From Octopus bimaculoides (lineage: Eukaryota): a stretch of 36,174 nucleotides of DNA. Positions 12,542 through 23,481 of this stretch are shown here, piece by piece. Position 1 is the stretch's first letter, and each line of letters starts with the position of its first letter. The position numbers and the translations under genes are program-made. Below the pieces are notes generated by a model. The model made no database searches, was not told the origin of the DNA, and saw only the letters and a program-made list of their open reading frames with translations. The DNA is taken from NCBI RefSeq assembly GCF_001194135.2, contig NC_068992.1, positions 39,932,659-39,968,832 on the forward strand, written 5' to 3'.

Positions 12542-12824
12542 CTATATATGAACATATATAGATATATATATATATGTGTATATAGATATATATATACATA
12601 TATATACATCTATATATGTATATATACAAAAATGTATATGTATATTTATATATATATAGATGGATAGCTAGATACATATATACATATATATGTGTATATA
12701 TGCATACATATATATACACATACATACATTCATGCATACCTACCTACCTACCTACGAATGTATGTATGTGTATATATATGTATGCATACATATGTACATA
12801 CAAATACACGCACACATACACACA

Positions 12825-12858
<34 letters not shown>

Positions 12859-12860
12859 TA
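12440..12860. repeat. (TA)/(CA)/(CATA) compound microsatellite
   Basis: Directly visible. Confidence 0.9.
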
Positions 12861-13372
12861 AACACATAAGAATAATAGACAATGTGGCTTTGGAGCAAAC
12901 GGCATTTCTAATGCTACGATGTTACGAAAAGTCTGTAATGATAAGGAAACTACACTCAAAATGACTGAACATCCACCTTTCACACTGCTTGACTTGATGC
13001 TTTATGTATATATGCATAGACACTAATTCTTTTAGAGATAGGAGGAAAGAACCCAATAGCAGAAATATTAATTCTTCAATTTCCTGGCCCGTAATGCAAA
13101 CTCCCTTTGAAACAGTTGGAAGTAGGGTGCAGTTTATATTCTACAGAAGCACTGCAGATTCTGGACTGCAGGTCAATTGTAAAGAACACAGCGAATTAAT
13201 CATAAGATGCAAGCGGCCATTCAGGAAAACTTTCCTTAGATATAGTTCTGCTAATGAACTACCTTCATAATTGGACCTACATGATTACACACACTGTGGC
13301 ATCGGAATATCTTGTTATTCCATGATTAGATTATCTAATTCTTACCCCTATTTAAAGTTGATGTATATAGGT

Positions 13373-13492
13373 ACAGGCATGGTTGTGTGGTAAGATATTC
13401 GCTTCCCAACGACCATATGATTTCGGGTTCAGTCTCGCCGCATGGTACTTTGGGCAACTATCTTCTAGTAATGCTGCAGGCCAACTAAATCC
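13373..13492 (+). mobile_element. SINE family C 5' part
   Basis: ggttgtgtggtaag..cttcccaac..gggttcagtc..ttgggcaa..tcttcta shared with copies at 26737, 27031 and 32066. Confidence 0.8.
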
Positions 13493-13512
13493 TATATATA
13501 TATATATATATA

Positions 13513-13640
13513 TAGTTGAAATTTGCAGAAAAACAAAAGACGAAGACAGGTGTATGAACAACAAGCAGGTGTATTAGTTTGCCGCTCGGGAAAGTGAGAA
13601 GGTCTTCTAAGTTTCGAGCCTATGCTCTTCAACAGGAATA
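13513..13640 (-). mobile_element. Probable Penelope-like terminal-repeat fragment carrying a degenerate hammerhead-like motif
   Basis: Lies between (TA)n and (CA)n. Minus strand reads CTGTTGA-A-GAGC-atag-GCTC-GAAA-CT-TA-gaa. Confidence 0.4.
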
Positions 13641-14025
13641 CACACACACACACACNNNNNNNNNNNNNNNNNNNNNNNNNNNNNNNNNNNNNNNNNNNNN
13701 NNNNNNNNNNNNNNNNNNNNNNNNNNNNNNNNNNNNNNNNNNNNNNNNNNNNNNNNNNNNNNNNNNNNNNNNNNNNNNNNNNNNNNNNNNNNNNNNNNNN
13801 NNNNNNNNNNNNNNNNNNNNNNNNNNTATACATACATACATACATATATACATGTCGAGACCCTTTGTCACAAGAAATGATTACTTCACGGAATAGCCAA
13901 TTTGTTAAATGTATAATATTTCCCCGCTCGGTTATGATTTAATGACTGTTTTAGCTATTATGTAATATACATTACATAATGCGCATAATTTAATCGCTGT
14001 GATCATTCATGTCTATAGACATGAT

Positions 14026-14295
14026 GTGGAGGCGCAATGTCCCAGTGGTTAGGGCAACAGACTCGCTGTCGTAGGATCGCAGTTTCAATTCCCAGACCGG
14101 GCGTTGTGAGTGTTTATTGAGCAAACACACCTAAAGCTCCACTAGTCGGGGTGGCAACCCCTGCTGTACTCTTTCACAACAACTTTCTCTCGCTCTTTCT
14201 TCCTGTTCCTGTTGTACCTGTATTTCAAAGGGCCAGCCTTGTCACACTCTGTGTCACACTGAATCTTCCCGAGAACTACATTAAGGGTACACGTG
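14026..14295 (+). mobile_element. SINE family B variant (different middle, shared tail)
   Basis: gtggaggcgcaatg..cagtggttaggg head; gtacctgtatttcaaagggccagccttgtcacac block shared with the copy at 11258. Confidence 0.85.
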
Positions 14296-14481
14296 TGTGT
14301 GTACGTGTGTAATAGGAGACGCTTCAAAGAAGAGCCAAAAGCTAGTGTTTTATTGTCATGTAAGTTAGTTTTCTGTGTGGAATCTCGTTCAGAGTTTCTT
14401 CCGTTTATGAACATAAGCTGCGCCATTGAAATGGCTACAGCTCGAGATCTAATAACGGATTGCGTTCTTTTCTGTTGTCTA

Positions 14482-15270
14482 TGATGGTGATGATGATGTT
14501 GATGATGATGACGATGATGATGATAGCAGCAGTGGTGAGGTGGTGATGATGATAGTGATGATGATGTTGATGATGATGATGGAGATGATGATGATGATGA
14601 GGATGATGATGATGATGACGAAGATGATGATGATGATGATGATGATAATGATAACATCAGTGGTGAGGTGGTGATGGTGATGGTAATGATGATGTTGATG
14701 ATGATAATGAAGATGAGGATGATGATGATGATGATGATGATTATGATTATGATGATGATGATGATGATAGTGGTGGTGGAGGTCATGATGATGATGGTGG
14801 CAACAATAATGATAGTAGCAGTGGTGGGGTGGTGGTGACGGTGATGGTGATGATGATGATGATGAGGGTGGTGGTTGTGTGGGGTGGTAATGTTGCTACT
14901 GCTGTCATGATGAAAGTGGTAGCGGTTGCGGTGATGGTGGTGGTGGTGGTGGCGGTGGTGATGATGGTAAAGCTAATGATAATGATGCTGTTGGCGGCAG
15001 TGGGTGTGGATGGGTGGGTGGTAATGCTGCGAGTGTTGCTGGTGATGATGATGAAAGTGGTGTTGGTGGTCCTGATGGCAATGGTGAGGATGATGATGAT
15101 GATGACATTGGCGGTAGTGGGGTTCGTGGTGATGTTCTAACTCCTGCTGCTGATGGAGGTGGCGGCGGGGATAATGGTGATGATGTTGTTGTTGTTATTG
15201 TTGTCGTTGTTGTTGTTGGTGATGGTGGCAGCCGTAGCGATGATGATGGTGATGATGGTGGAAGTACATA
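14482..15270. repeat. Degenerate (GAT)/(GGT) triplet array
   Basis: Directly visible. Confidence 0.9.
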
Positions 15271-15356
15271 ACATGTCCCACGCTGTCTATTGGGACTGTC
15301 CAGTCTTGGTCATTTGCTAAAAGTATTTTAACTATGACCACTTAACGTAATGAAGT

Positions 15357-15590
15357 AGATGACCAATGGAACAGACAGACAGTCAGACCAACAGACCGGC
15401 AGACAGACAGATGACCAACAGAAGAGACAGACAGAGAGTCTTATGACCAGCAGAACAAACAGAAAGACAAGCAGTTGGACAGACAGATGACCAAAGAGAA
15501 GAGACAAACAGACAGGCTGATGACCAGTGGAAGAGTCAAATCAGTCTTGTGGCCAACAGAACTGACAGAACGCAGGACTACATTATCAAA
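15357..15590 (+). repeat. Degenerate minisatellite built on gatgacca..acagacag
   Basis: The (a)tgacca motif recurs several times, separated by (ACAG)n-like tracts. Confidence 0.6.
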
Positions 15591-15689
15591 CAGAATTTTT
15601 CTTAGACTGACTTATTTATTTGAAGGAAACTTAGCTGCTATTTCTAGCAGGTCGAGTGTCTATGTAGAGTGTTCCCCGTTAGTGTTGAA

Positions 15690-16095
15690 AGAAGGTGGTA
15701 GTAGTGATTATGTTAGCAGTGGAGTGGTTACTGTTGGTGGTGGTAGTATTAGAAGCGGCGATAGTGGTAGTGGTGGTGGGACGTGATAAGGATAGAGGGG
15801 CTGGTTTGAGCGCTAGTAGTAGTCGTTTCATTTGTTGTTGGTGAGAGTGGGGGTGGTGGGGGTAGTCATAGGCCATGGAATGTGGTGGTGGTGATGATGA
15901 TGATGATGATGGTGGTGTTGGTGGTGGTGATGACAGGGATAATGATGGCGGTGGTGGTGGTGATGACGGTGATAATGATGGTAGTGGTGGTGGTGGTGGT
16001 GGTGACGGTGGTTGTAAATATGGTGGTATTATTAACGGTGAGGTGGAGGTAGGGGTGGTACTGGTTTTGAGAGGTGATGGAGGGGTAGGGGTGTG
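15690..16095. repeat. Degenerate (GGT)/(GAT) triplet array
   Basis: Directly visible. Confidence 0.85.
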
Positions 16096-16267
16096 GTAAG
16101 TGAGTGTCTGACAAAGAAAAACAGCCAAAAGATGGAGATTCTGATAAAATGTGAAGACTTGGGCAAAAGAATGGAAGTGAGACCTTTAGCAGAGAAACAC
16201 AACTTGGTGCAATTACGGAGTGATTAATGAATAATAATTAATTAGACTAGCGATTCGATAGACGGGA

Positions 16268-16317
<50 letters not shown>

Positions 16318-16433
16318 GTGTGTGCACGTGTGTGTGTGTGTGTGATTAAATGAGTCAGTGAGACAGGATAACTGGACATTCGAATTCACATATTAATATT
16401 TATTAATATGTACACATAAATGTGTATGTGTTT

Positions 16434-16468
<35 letters not shown>

Positions 16469-16886
16469 CACACATATATATGAGTATATAGATGTATATT
16501 ATGTATATATATATATATTTATATGTATATATAAACGTATATTATGTATATATATGAATGTATATATATATATATATATATATATGCATGTATGTATATA
16601 TATGTGTGTGTGTGTATGTATATATATATGTGTGTGTGCGTGTATGTATATACACATGTAAATGTGTATTTATTTGCTTTCCTGTTTCATTTATATACAT
16701 AGATACCCAAATACATACATATAGATATATGTGTGGTGGTGGTGGTGGTGGGGTGTATGTATATGGCTTAGACACAAGATACACAAAAGTAAATAGAGAC
16801 ATCCAGAGAGGCATCTAGATAATGATCTTCGGTTTTGTTTTGCCAAAGTTCGCTAACAATATGTATGATGTGTATGAGTGCGACAG

Positions 16887-16887
<1 letters not shown>

Positions 16888-16936
<49 letters not shown>

Positions 16937-16941
16937 TTATG

Positions 16942-16984
<43 letters not shown>

Positions 16985-17035
16985 TTATCTATCTATTTAC
17001 CTATCTATCTATCTATCTAGCTAGATAGATAGATA
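16888..17035. repeat. (ATCT)n tetranucleotide microsatellite
   Basis: Directly visible. Confidence 0.95.
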
Positions 17036-17085
17036 GTAAGCTTTGTGAACGGATTTGGCTGATGGAAAGTGAAAGAATCCCGTCG

Positions 17086-17117
<32 letters not shown>

Positions 17118-17225
17118 TGTGTTTTTTCCCTCACCAAGCTTGACAACCGGTGTTGATGTGTTACGTTCTTTAAGGTGGTGCCGCAGCATGGCCACAGTCT
17201 AATGACTTAAACAAATAAAAGATAA
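17036..17225 (+). mobile_element. SINE family C 3' half
   Basis: ggatttgg..gatggaaa.tgaaagaa.cccgtcgtatatat, internal (TA)n, and tail ggtgccgcagcatggccacag..aatgact.aaaca..taaaagata. Confidence 0.8.
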
Positions 17226-17235
17226 TATATATATA

Positions 17236-17485
17236 TAAAATCAAAATAAACAACAAGGATATCCAAAGTTAATGCAGTACGATCGTTTCATGCGACTCCA
17301 TTTATTTAAGCAATGTGAACATTACATCAAATGTAAATTTCTATATCTTTGTGCAGCTGAGGATTGCTGTATTTTACATTTGATGTAATGTTCACATTGC
17401 TTAAATAAATGGAGTCGCATGAAACGATCGTACTGCATTAACTTTGCATTAACTTTGGATATCCTTGTTGCTTATTTTGATTTTA
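17236..17485. repeat. Long inverted repeat (102-bp left arm 17236-17337, 113-bp right arm 17373-17485, 35-bp spacer)
   Basis: Arms are reverse complements except for one substitution and an 11-bp tandem duplication (gcattaacttt) in the right arm. Confidence 0.95.
17352..17437 (+). ncRNA. Type I hammerhead ribozyme motif (Penelope/retrozyme-type, palindromic stem III)
   Basis: TGCAG (17352-56), CTGAGGA (17357-63), ttgc...gcat stem II, GAAA (17421-24), CGATCG, TA, CTGCA (17433-37). Stem I TGCAG/CTGCA pairs perfectly; ACGATCGT is self-complementary; predicted GUA cleavage after 17432. Confidence 0.7.
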
Positions 17486-17666
17486 ATTACCTTATTTTGA
17501 AATTGTATGGATAATACCATACTTAATTCTGGTGCCTAAACTTAAGCTAATATATGTGTGTGTGTGTGTGTATATATATATACATATATATACACACACA
17601 CATACACACACTCACCTGTGTCTGTATATAATAAGTGGCTAGCAAGTATCAAAATGTATTTGTGTA

Positions 17667-17723
<57 letters not shown>

Positions 17724-17754
17724 NNNNNNNNNNGTGTGTGTGTGTGTGTGTGTG

Positions 17755-17865
17755 TGTTTACGTCCCGCAACCTTAAGTAGTAGGGTTGATTTATTCGAGC
17801 AGAAATTGTTCAAGGTGATACCCCAGCATGGCCGCAATTGAATGACTAAAACAAGTGTAAAAGGT
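17755..17865 (+). mobile_element. SINE family C 3' tail fragment
   Basis: tgtttacgtccc..aaggtg..ccccagcatggccgca..gaatgactaaaacaagt..aaaag matches the tail seen at 17150-17225. Confidence 0.7.
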
Positions 17866-17946
17866 AATAGATTACCCAGGGTGGCAAAAGTATACTTCCA
17901 AATGTACCCGTGATACGACAGTAAAACTCTACTTAGAACATGTTAC

Positions 17947-18164
17947 TGATTGGTTTCAAATATTGGCACAAGGCCAGCAATTTCGGGGGAGGAGGATTGT
18001 CGATTATATTGACCCTAGTATTCAACTGGTACTTATTTTATCGACCTCTATATGATGAAAGGGAAGTCAACTTCGGTGTAATTTGATCTCAGAACGTAGA
18101 GACGGACATAAAGCCGCGAAGCATTTTGTCCGGCGAGCTGACGGCTCTGCCAACTTGTCGCCTT
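17947..18164 (-). mobile_element. SINE family A, minus strand
   Basis: ggcacaaggccagcaatttcgggg..caactggtacttattttatcgac..ctcagaacgt..ctgccaacttg is the reverse complement of family A. Confidence 0.85.
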
Positions 18165-18547
18165 AGCACGGATTACATATGACGTCTCGTAGGATTTTGA
18201 CCAACACCTTACTCTAAATGGCTCTCAATCATTGTTTTTTTTTACCTATGAACCCCTTTTCATTACTGTTTTACTCTTCTGGACCTCCATAGCCATTTGA
18301 TAGTTGAAAACTAATATTATACTTCTTTCAAAACCAGTTTATATAATTTCTTTCAAAACTGGTTTAAAGAGTTTTTTCAAACCTAGTTGTATAACTTCTT
18401 TCAAAATTCCTATTTTGATTCTCGCACGTTCATTCGCATCGCTTTGCAATTTCACACTCTCTAAGAACATGTTTCAGTGGCTGGAAACATTTTTGAACTA
18501 TTACTATTTTTAAATCTCACAACGAGAGATATTCAGCAACGATACTT

Positions 18548-18734
18548 TGTAGTATAGATTGTTTGCCAACATAACATGGCAATCTCGGTCTAGGACATTT
18601 TCTTGTACAAAAATGTAAGGACACAGATCGTGTCGTACAGTCAACTGGAGACGATGTCTCCTGGGGCTAAATTACAGCAACATTCGTCCTACATCGGGAC
18701 TGCCATGTTATGTTGGCAAACAATCTTTACTACA
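18548..18734. mobile_element. MITE with 49-bp TIRs
   Basis: 18548-18596 and 18686-18734 are reverse complements with about 5 mismatches. TA dinucleotides at 18550-51 and 18731-32 could be a TA TSD. Confidence 0.85.
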
Positions 18735-18800
18735 TGTTGAACTATGTTAAGCATTAAAGAAAGAAACATATTTGATTCTTACATTATATACATCTAAAAG

Positions 18801-18985
18801 CAGAGCTCAGTAATCGGTATGCTACGGCACACTAGTTTGCCACGCGACGATTCTAGGTGTGCCGCAGTGTAACCTGAATATAATTTTCCCCCTATACTTT
18901 TAGTTACATTTTTAGTTCAGGTATGCCGCTGAATTTTGAAAAGAATATAAGTGTGTCGCAAGTGAAAAAAGGTTGCGGAGCACTG
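18801..18985. mobile_element. hAT (Charlie-like) MITE
   Basis: Ends cagagctcagtaatcgg / aaaaggttgcggagcactg; atctaaaa occurs at 18792-99 and 18986-93 (8-bp TSD-like, 1-nt offset on the left). Confidence 0.7.
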
Positions 18986-19025
18986 ATCTAAAATAAATTT
19001 TTTTCATGAAACCTTAAATTTAAAA

Positions 19026-19749
19026 TAGAAGGTGCAGCAAAATGATCCGACACATTAGTAGTTTAATAAAAATGAAATAGAGTAAAGAACGAAACGTGTT
19101 TTTATTTTCGAAATATACATATAATGCGATTTTGTTTCAATAGATACAATTTGTAACACTTTCTTTCATTTCGCTTTCAGTTGCCAACGTATTGGGCGGG
19201 CGAGCATCAAGCTTTCGTTGTGGAAACGTTTATCAAGAACAGCGAATCTGTAACTGTAACACAAAGAGCGTTCCGTGTGCATTTCAGGCTTAGTTGACAT
19301 GATCCCATACCTACTCGAAATTCTGCGGTAGCAGAATTCGGCATTTGGGATCCGTACTTCTTCGAGGAAGACAATGTTGCAGTGACTGTGAACTCTGATC
19401 AATACTGTGTGACTTTTCTGAAACACAAATGGAATGAGCTTGACGATAGGGACAATGTTTGGTTTCAGCAGGATGGGGCAACCGCCCACACTTCTCGACG
19501 TGCGATGGGGCTTTTGAAATCAGAGGTATTCACTCATCGCCCTCGATCTATTGAACAATTAAAAGATGTCATTCGTCAAGAAATTGCTGCCATTCAACAA
19601 GAAATGAGTTATGGACAACTTTCGTGAATTCCCTCGGCAGTGTGTGGACAATAACGGCACCCACGTGACTGATTTTTCGTTTTTTATTTTTACTCTATTT
19701 TACTTTTATTTAACCTACAAATATGTAAAATCATTTGCCTCACCCTGTA
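19026..19749 (+). mobile_element. Internally deleted Tc1/mariner-superfamily element (DUF4817/Tc3-like transposase remnants)
   Basis: TIR-like ends tagaaggtgcagcaaaatga / tcatttgcctcaccctgta. Peptides WAGEHQAFVVETFIKNSESVTVTQRAFRVHF, PYFFEE..VTVNS, VWFQQDGATAHTSR and RPRSIEQLKD.IRQEI. Confidence 0.85.
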
Positions 19750-19784
19750 CTATCGTGAATACCCAATTTACTGCTTTGCTTGCG

Positions 19785-19850
19785 TGAACCCCGCAAATTT
19801 TATAGGCCCCCAAACCAGGGATCATATGGATCCCGGTTGAGAACCACGGA
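19785..19850. mobile_element. hAT-like MITE end fragment
   Basis: ggatcatatggatcccggttgagaaccacgg resembles a Charlie-type right end; partner end not found. Confidence 0.4.
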
Positions 19851-20194
19851 GTTATTCCCAAGATGTTGACGGTGTACTCAACCTGTTATATCTTAATACG
19901 ACTGACTAAGTAGTTCAATTGATTTAAAAGAAGGATACATACATCGTCGAAACCGACGAAGAACCCATTTAAATATAAATTGACAAATTGATATAGTGTG
20001 TGAAAATTGACTGGATTCGTGAGAAATATTCTAGAGATTAGAGAAAGATTTATTTTTTGATGTTGCTTTATTTAATAGATTTTCAGATTATATTTGTTCA
20101 ATCACATATTGATTAGATCAATTGAATTTGGTGAATATTAATAAATTTTTTATTCCGCTTCAATGCATACTTACATTTGATATTTGTCTTTAGA

Positions 20195-20339
20195 CATACA
20201 TGCATACATACATACATACATACATGCATACATACATATATACATACATACATACATATACATACATACATACATATATATATATATGTATATATGTATA
20301 TACACATACATATATATATATACATACAAACATACATAC

Positions 20340-20384
<45 letters not shown>

Positions 20385-20922
20385 CATGCATACATACATA
20401 CATATATATATACATACAAACATACATACATATATATACATATATATATCTATATATATGTATACATACATTTATATATATATATACATACATATATATA
20501 TGTATATATATATATGTATAATACACGTATATACGCACACATGCATACATATGTGTGTGTGTGCATACATACAAACATGCATCTATACATATATATATGT
20601 ATATATGTATGTATGCATGTTTGTATGTATGTATACATATGCATACACGCACTCACATTTGTTGATATACATGTGTACGTGTATGAGAGACAGAGTTTGT
20701 GTGTGTGGTGTGTGTGTGTCCAAGTGTGTGTGTAAACGTTGTAATTTTTAAATATGTTTTAATATGTTCATGATTTTGCTTGAGTCCATATGCGCATACC
20801 CACCCACATGCATGTCGTATCTCTATATACACCTATACATACATACAAACATACATACAAACATACATACATACATATATATATATACACATATATACGT
20901 ATATGTATACAAACATATGTAT

Positions 20923-20956
<34 letters not shown>

Positions 20957-21050
20957 GTATACAAATATGTATACATATATTACATATGTGATATATGCAT
21001 GTACATAGAGATACATAGGTTGTATTTGTGTATATGTATCTATATTCATA
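20195..21050. repeat. Long (TA)/(CATA) compound microsatellite
   Basis: Directly visible. Confidence 0.95.
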
Positions 21051-21469
21051 ATTAAAGAAGGTTTTTATAAGCATTAAGAACCAGTGAACATTAACTGAAC
21101 AAAAAGATTGACGCCGAAAATGGTGTGAGAGGTTTCTAATAATTCTATTGACAGTTTTACCAGTCAAAGGTTATCAATGAAATTAATTATAAAGTATATA
21201 TACATGTGTATGCATGATACTTTTGAGCCATGGACTCTTGTATCTTCATTAGAAGTTTTGTACAATGTTTTATCTTTTTTGTGTCTCAAGACTTTTCATA
21301 CATCCCTCGTCCGTGCATGTATGTGTAACATGACATATTTATATGCACATGCACGCACATGTGTGTATAGACTGTAGTCGATTTCATATTGTGTGATTGC
21401 TTTCTCATCGTTGACCAATGTTTTATCTTCATTTGTGAATCTTTCAATCACTAAATACCTCCATTTGTA

Positions 21470-22222
21470 GACGTGGTTTGTAAGTAATTCTGGTTGGTGG
21501 GATCTCTGTGTCCGCGTCTTTCGTCGCTTTTTGGGGTTATGTTCGCTACCTTTCTTCTATCTTCTTCCGACAGTAACACTGAAAATAAATAATGGGCCAG
21601 TTTTTTTTTTTTTAACTTGGAAAATTTAATGTTCCTTTTCAAAGGATTTGTCTCTTGATTTTTGAACTGTTCCTTATGTCCGCCGATCAGGTATTATCAA
21701 CAACGTGGTTGGATATCAGAGGATTCTACAAGAAAGGTGCGAGTTTGACAAACACACAACCTATTCGAACCCTTCGAGACGATCCTTGTTAAGTGTTGTA
21801 AAGTGTGGATTTAATGCTAGTGGAAAAGGCTTGCTGAAGGATTTCTGTGGTCGTAATTTTATCACGGCTGGTGACTGAAAGGATTTTCTGGTGACGTTGG
21901 ATATCAAAGGTCTCCTGGTCCTTCATGTTTCGGCTATATATGTCCCATGTTTCGCATCCACACAACTGAATGGAATCTGATTGTCTGGTAGACAGGTACG
22001 TTATCATGGAGCTCCAAATAATTGTTTTGAAATAATTTCTTAGCTTAGCAAAGGATGCAGGACTCTGCATCTTTTGGTACTTGAGGCGAGTGATTGCTGC
22101 TAGTTGTTAGTTTTGTATTCTGAAAGTGATGAAAGGGGAGTTGTGCCATGCACTGTTGACAACTTGGCTTCCGATTTGTTGATTTAATTGTCGGGTTCAT
22201 TCTATTGTACCTTGTAGTAACA
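21470..22222 (-). pseudogene. RTE-clade LINE remnant (RT C-terminal region)
   Basis: Minus strand reads SFAKL, LCGCETWDIY (cf. LYGCETW), KILSVTSRDKITTTEILQQA (cf. ILxISWxDxITNxEVL) and GGHKEQFK (cf. GGQKKRFKD). Confidence 0.75.
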
Positions 22223-22402
22223 CAGGAATGTCAAACTCGTTTGGCTTTGCGGGCTGGATCAAAGAATAAACTAGACATCGCGAACTAGGTAGGAACAATT
22301 ATTTCTGAAAAGAAATTTCTAATCATAGTGTAGGCGAAAATAAACGAAAGGGCTATTATATATTTGAAGAACTGTATTAAGAAGAAAGAAAAAGAATATA
22401 AG

Positions 22403-22556
22403 TGTTGTGTCGACGCCCCCAGGCGAAGAAGTAGGATCTCCCAAGACATATAAATAGAGGTAGTCTGGCGGTGGTAGGTGTGTTGAGTAGCAGTTGCGTA
22501 ACGGTTGAGTAGAGATCATCCGAAGGTGCTAGTTAGCAGTAGCTTGAGACATAACA
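22403..22556 (+). repeat. 5' LTR (154 bp)
   Basis: tgtt...aaca termini, internal tataaata, matches the 3' LTR. Confidence 0.95.
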
Positions 22557-22557
22557 G

Positions 22558-22568
22558 TGGCAACGAGG
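22558..22568 (+). promoter_or_regulatory. Primer binding site (tggcaacgagg); second copy tggcgacgagg at 22614-22624
   Basis: Begins with TGG one base after the 5' LTR, as is typical for a tRNA-3'-complementary PBS. Confidence 0.8.
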
Positions 22569-22642
22569 ATTTCGTAGCTCACACAGCTACTGGTAGTATT
22601 TGAGACATAACTGTGGCGACGAGGTTTCTAATAGCACAAAAA

Positions 22643-22679
22643 ATGGAAGAGTTACTGAAAGCAGTAGTGAAACAACAAG

Positions 22680-22710
<31 letters not shown>

Positions 22711-23480
22711 ACTACAGAAGTTAACAGAATTGTTACTGCAGGCGAGAAATAGTACAGAATCATTTTCAGCAGGTGGTGTTGCAAATTCCATCGAAGAATT
22801 TCAGTACAATCCAGATGAAAGAACTACTTTTGCGGCATATTACAGACGATACGAAGATATATTCCGAGAGCAATGCAAGGGATGGTTTAGTGAAAGGAAG
22901 GTAAGACTCCTTTTGCGAAAGCTTGCTAGTCCGGAACACAAAAGTTTTTGTAACTTTATTTTGCTGAGAAAACCCACGGAATTGTGTTTTGAGGAAATGA
23001 TAAATATTTTGACGAATATTTTTTAGCGAAAAAAGTTCACAGTTCGATGGGAATATTTAAACTTAAAGAAAAACGAGTCAGATGATTTTGTGACATATGC
23101 TGGTATGGTTAACAAGGCTTGCGAAAGGTTCAAGTTGGAAGAATTAACGCCAGATATGTTCAAGTGTTTAATATTTGTTAAAGGGCTAGTGGCAACGGAA
23201 GACGCGGAAATTAGAAAAAGAATATTATCAAAGTTGAACCAAGATGTAAAACTCACTTTGCAGAAAGTGGCTGAAGAATGCCAACAAATAATAAACCTTC
23301 GAGATGATACAAGGAAAACAGAAGACCAGAATAATGTACAAATGTGTAAGGAAAGTATACAAAGTAAAAAATTAAATTCAAAACGGTGCTGTGGTTGCGG
23401 AGAGCAACATCTGAGGAAAGATTGCCCCTTTAAAGATAAAACCTGTTTTAAGTGTGGTAAAATTGGGCATACAGAGACGA
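22643..23480 (+). pseudogene. gag: Gag with N-terminal polyQ and two zinc knuckles; one in-frame TAG at 23024-23026
   Basis: ORFs 22613-23026 and 23090-23548 are in the same frame. Knuckles CCGCGEQHLRKDC and CFKCGKIGHTETKC. Confidence 0.85.
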
Positions 23481-23481
23481 A

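Noticed and set aside
13004-13270. 88-aa ORF in unique sequence
   Set aside because: No recognisable motif or splice context on either strand.
20113-21055. Cluster of Y/I/H/T/C-rich ORFs
   Set aside because: (TA)/(CATA) repeat translations.
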